From NCBI GenBank assembly GCA_965644495.1, contig CBFFSA010000004.1:1054001-1118000 (forward strand): DNA of 64,000 nt. The letters are read 5' to 3'. The DNA is from Perkinsela sp. CCAP 1560/9 (lineage: Eukaryota > Protista > Euglenozoa: Kinetoplastea). The notes under the pieces are model-generated. The model did no database searches and had not been told where the DNA came from. It was given only the letters and a program-made list of their open reading frames with translations. Both the position numbers and the translations under genes were made by a program. Of the stretch, positions 61,701-64,000 are shown piece after piece. Each line of letters opens with the position of its first letter. Within the stretch, counting starts at the first letter, position 1.

Positions 61701-62888
61701 CGCTATTTTCACCCCAAAAGAAAACAATTTTGTTTATGGCATTTTTTTAAAGTTTTTTTGCCCCTCTAAAATTTGCAGTTTTTCCCAAATTTGCTCATTT
61801 TTTCGTTTTTTCTCCATTTCGTCTCAGTTTTTGCCGCGAAAGCGATCCCGTTCTATGCAGAACAAAGGATCTCTCTCCGATAGGGCGTACTCCTCCCCTG
61901 GGCACACCAAATATTCACATACAGTAGCAAAAAAACCGTCAGCAAAAAAACCGTTCGAATGTTTCGGTTTTTTCTTCTTTTGTATAGAGCTATTGATTAA
62001 ATATCACCGTTGCGCTGGTAATGTGTGCTAGTAGCATGAGTGTCACCTAATAGTACCCGTAGATAGTTTGCCTCAGTTCGTTCTACCAAAGAAATAAGAA
62101 TGAATATTGCGGTGGTTGTAAAACTACCGCTCTACACTCGATTATTGAAAAAAAAGTGAACAAAAACAGTGAAAATGTAAAGGGTAACACAGTAATATAA
62201 TAGAAGAAAAAAATATAAAAGGGGGCTCCGGTGGTCCAAAACTGAAAAAAAAAATTGAAAAAAATGGGGGGTCTAGGGGGGGGGGTCCAGGGGGGGGGCA
62301 TGGTCGATCAAATTTTTTCGAAAAAATTAGTTTTCGAAAAAAACCGCAGAAAGGGTAGCCGGGGTCTTGGCGCGCATTTTCCACCCCCCTACCCGGGGGT
62401 GACCCCCCCGCGTATCCGCAGGACGGGTCCGCCAAGTTCGGATTTTTTCGGAAAAATTTTTTCGAAAAAAAATTCAACTTGGCGAAAAAAATGACAAAAA
62501 AAATATTTTTCCAAAATCGTTTCCCCTATTGTATTTTGATAGTTTGGGACCTACACTAGCTTTCTACGCAGTTGTTTTCGCAAGGTATCACTTCTTCGAA
62601 CTGTGGTGCGCCCCTCAAAATGACCCACTTTTGACTAAAAAAGGTGAAAAAGTATTTTTCGGACCTAAAGGGGCATTTTTGTGTCGAAAGAATGGTATGG
62701 TTGGAGTCGCATTCTCTACCCAATACGTTCGGTAGGCTTTCATTCATGCCTGCGAGTGATTTCCCACGCGCAAATGTCGGATTTAGTGCTCTGAGAGCAA
62801 AAATGTGCGAAAATGACCCCATTTGTACCCGAAATTCGGCTATTTTTGGCTATAATCTTTCCGTTTTCCAGGCTAAATTTTCTTTTTT

Positions 62889-62985
62889 AGGCTCTTCGTT
62901 AAACGCGGCGGTAGTTTTCAACGCGAAGCGCGCAGCATGAGTGACTTCTAAGTTGAAAGCAACCACCGCGTTTAACGAAGAGCCT
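62889..62985. repeat. Hairpin unit copy 3 (97 bp)
   Basis: Same 20-bp IR and core as copy 2. Confidence 0.9.
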
Positions 62986-63088
62986 AAAAAAGAAATAACT
63001 CGAAAAATATAACTCGTTAATCACTGCATCCTTCCTAAAATTCTGTACGTAAACTTTTAATATATTTTTTTATATAATAATTTATTTT

Positions 63089-63185
63089 AGGCTCTTCGTT
63101 AAACGCGGTGGTTGCTTTCAACTTAGAAGTCACTCATGCTGCGCTATTCGCGTTGAAAACTACCGCCGCGTTTAACGAAGAGCCT
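63089..63185. repeat. Hairpin unit copy 4 (97 bp)
   Basis: Same IR; core inverted relative to copy 3. Confidence 0.9.
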
Positions 63186-64000
63186 AAAAAAGAAAATTGG
63201 CCAGGGACGCGGAAGAAAACGGAAGAATTTGAGCCAAAAATAGCCGATGTTTTGGTAAAAATGGGGTGATTTTTTGTATATAGAGCACTAAAGTCGAGAA
63301 TGCGACTCCAACCACACGATTCGTACGACTCAAAAAGACCTCTTGGTGTCCAAAAATTACTTTTTCGCATTTTTTGATCAAAAATGGGACATTTTGGGAG
63401 GCGTACCACGGCTTCAAGAAGCGACACCTCGCAAAACCAATGACGTAAAAAGCTAGAATAGGCCACGAACTATAAAAATACAATAGGCAAAACAAATTTG
63501 GAAAAATATTCTTTTTACCAATTTTTTCGTCAAGTTGAAAATTTTTTCAAAATTTTTTTTCCGAAAAAATCGGAACTTGACGGACCCGTCTTGCGGATAC
63601 GAGGGGGGGTCACCCCCGGGTAGGGTATGCCCCCCCCATAGACCCCCCAGTTTTTTCAATTTTTGTTTTCAATTTTGGACCACCGGATCCCCCTTTTATA
63701 TTTTTTTCCTTTACGGCGTTTAACGAAGAGCTTAGAAAAGAAAAATTTGACAGGAGAGTAAAAGAAACCAGAGGGATAACTCTGGATTTGGTCCAAAAAG
63801 AGCCGATAGTTGGGCAAAAATAGGGTTGTTTTTGCATATTTCCGCTCACATGTGTTTTCCTTCGGTTCGCACGATTTTGAACGAAGCAGGGTGGAGACCT
63901 CTTTTTTTGAAAGGCCCTTGAATTCACCCCGGCTTTTGAAGGGGGGGGGATTTACTTCGTGGGTTTACTTCTTCGTTTTGATTCATTTGGTTTACGCCAG

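Larger units (their letters stand above)
58627..63740. repeat. Gene-free modular array of direct and inverted repeats (foldback-like)
   Basis: 58729-59890 is mirrored by 59910-60717. About 62200-62985 is mirrored by 63089-63715. Modules are shared with 24900-25470. Confidence 0.85.

Noticed and set aside
58627-63740. CRISPR array, integron attC array, telomere or kDNA minicircle
   Set aside because: Eukaryotic context with no cas or integrase gene. Units alternate in orientation and are separated by repeated rather than unique spacers. No TTAGGG array or GGGGTTGGTGTA seen.
58628-63927. Short Phe/Lys/Gly/Pro-rich ORFs in the repeat zone and at 24926-25491
   Set aside because: Translations of homopolymer tracts in repeats.

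Overview
Eukaryotic window, almost certainly kinetoplastid (Euglenozoa). A Perkinsela-like prokinetoplastid is the best guess, but that is inference. About 36 intronless genes all lie on the + strand from ~1.2 to ~58.6 kb, as in a polycistronic transcription unit. They include PWWP-TFIIS, RluA, PI synthase, an M3 peptidase, ERGIC3/Erv46, two SNAREs, MRG, eIF4E, SPT4, BDP1, a mitochondrial carrier, an AlkB-family oxygenase, PIG-H, PHO88/SND3, CTF18, YEATS, eIF2B-alpha, SRP9/21, adenylate kinase, kinesin-13, a nucleus-encoded euglenozoan-type F1-alpha, SF3B5, an RF-1-like protein, a SET protein and seven short LRR genes (two frameshifted). The only long minus-strand ORF (9910-15390) is an apparently intact RLE-type, HERO-like non-LTR retrotransposon. 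It has five CxHxC(K/R)(D/E)KxxC(G/A)HxCCK repeats, a structured 3' UTR, and a spliced-leader-exon-like sequence 32 nt upstream of its ATG. Intergenic DNA carries many class II transposon relics (a Tc1-type DDE fragment, TA-flanked MITEs, an 8-bp-TSD hAT-like MITE) and a 9-bp-TSD simple-repeat insertion. The last ~5.4 kb is a gene-free modular array of inverted repeats punctuated by 97-bp hairpin units. Several GC-rich islands switch sharply from C-rich to G-rich. All protein calls come from motif recognition by eye; no database search was run.
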